A stretch of 64,000 bases of DNA from Bacteroidales bacterium (GTDB lineage Bacteria > Bacteroidota > Bacteroidia > Bacteroidales > UBA3824): contig JAKSUC010000003.1 in NCBI GenBank assembly GCA_024413595.1, forward strand, positions 12,307-76,306, in the 5' to 3' direction. Shown here piece after piece: positions 63,836 through 64,000 of the stretch. Within the stretch, counting starts at the first letter, position 1; each line of letters starts with the position of its first letter. The notes under the pieces were generated by a model that was not told the origin of the DNA, made no database searches, and was given only the letters and a program-made list of their open reading frames with translations. The position numbers and the translations under genes were made by a program.

Positions 63836-63870
63836 GGGTGTCTTTGCTTTGGCAGAGATGCCCTTTTTTT
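63836..63870 (+). terminator. Rho-independent terminator of the efflux operon
   Basis: gggtgtctttgc / gcagagatgccc stem (includes G-U pairs) with a 4-nt loop, then T7. Confidence 0.7.
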
Positions 63871-63926
63871 ATTATTTATCTCTTCATATTTCTTTTTTTC
63901 GTATATTTATAAAAAAATAATTTCAA

Positions 63927-64000
63927 ATGAAAGAGATGAATAATTACCCATTAATTAACTCACAATTAGGTATTTACTTTTATCAAATTAATAATACTCA
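63927..64000 (+). CDS. 5' end of an ORF running off the window (function unknown)
   Basis: ATG at 63927, then MKEMNNYPLINSQLGIYFYQINNT with no stop before the window end. Too short to assign. Confidence 0.3.
   Translation, partial: MKEMNNYPLINSQLGIYFYQINNT

Noticed and set aside
1-64000. tRNA, rRNA, tmRNA, RNase P or other structured RNA genes in intergenic regions
   Set aside because: All intergenic regions were read by eye. They are strongly AT-rich and show only simple terminator hairpins. Nothing has cloverleaf-type GC-rich helices. A covariance-model scan (tRNAscan-SE, Infernal) would be needed to be certain.

Overview
Low-GC Bacteroidota-type chromosomal segment. The taxon is inferred from a hybrid two-component regulator, a TonB-dependent receptor, a T9SS C-terminal sorting domain, many lipoproteins and TAnnTTTG -7 promoter motifs. 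Single 60-nt lines counted by hand range from about 12% to 40% G+C. Layout: (i) 1-19.9 kb is a polysaccharide-utilisation-type glycosidase cluster (GH31 x2, GH97, four GH43 modules, GH127, CE1-type esterase) around an HTCS regulator, with no SusC/SusD inside the window. (ii) 20-36 kb holds envelope and housekeeping genes: FGE-like protein, SGNH hydrolase, a lipoprotein + GIN-domain + PagL-like operon, a minimal T9SS cargo, a GH3-like/beta-lactamase fusion, queA, an Smr protein, and a lipoprotein + ABCG-like transporter module. (iii) 36-43 kb holds metE, an Lrp/AsnC regulator, malQ (CBM20-GH77) and a GH13 amylase. (iv) 43-50 kb holds an orphan PAS histidine kinase and a TonB-dependent receptor paired with an unusual lipoprotein, in which a PBP1-type ligand-binding domain is fused to a legumain-like domain whose catalytic His and Cys are both replaced. 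(v) 50.4-57 kb is a very AT-rich accessory stretch: an exported flavodoxin-like lipoprotein, a split-kinase HipB-HipS-HipT type toxin-antitoxin operon, a repeat-structured intergenic region with a gene remnant, and a three-gene operon of unknown function (a secreted SH3-like protein plus two similar-looking membrane proteins, one carrying TerB-like and double zinc-ribbon modules). (vi) 57-64 kb holds a MarR/GbsR-type regulator, a TolC-MFP-RND efflux operon and a small PII-like protein. I recognised no rRNA, tRNA, CRISPR array, integrase or transposase. All family calls come from motif recall on the translations; no database search was possible. The best candidates for something undescribed are the TBDR + PBP1/pseudo-legumain pair (45.1-50.3 kb) and the 53.4-56.9 kb operon next to hipBST.
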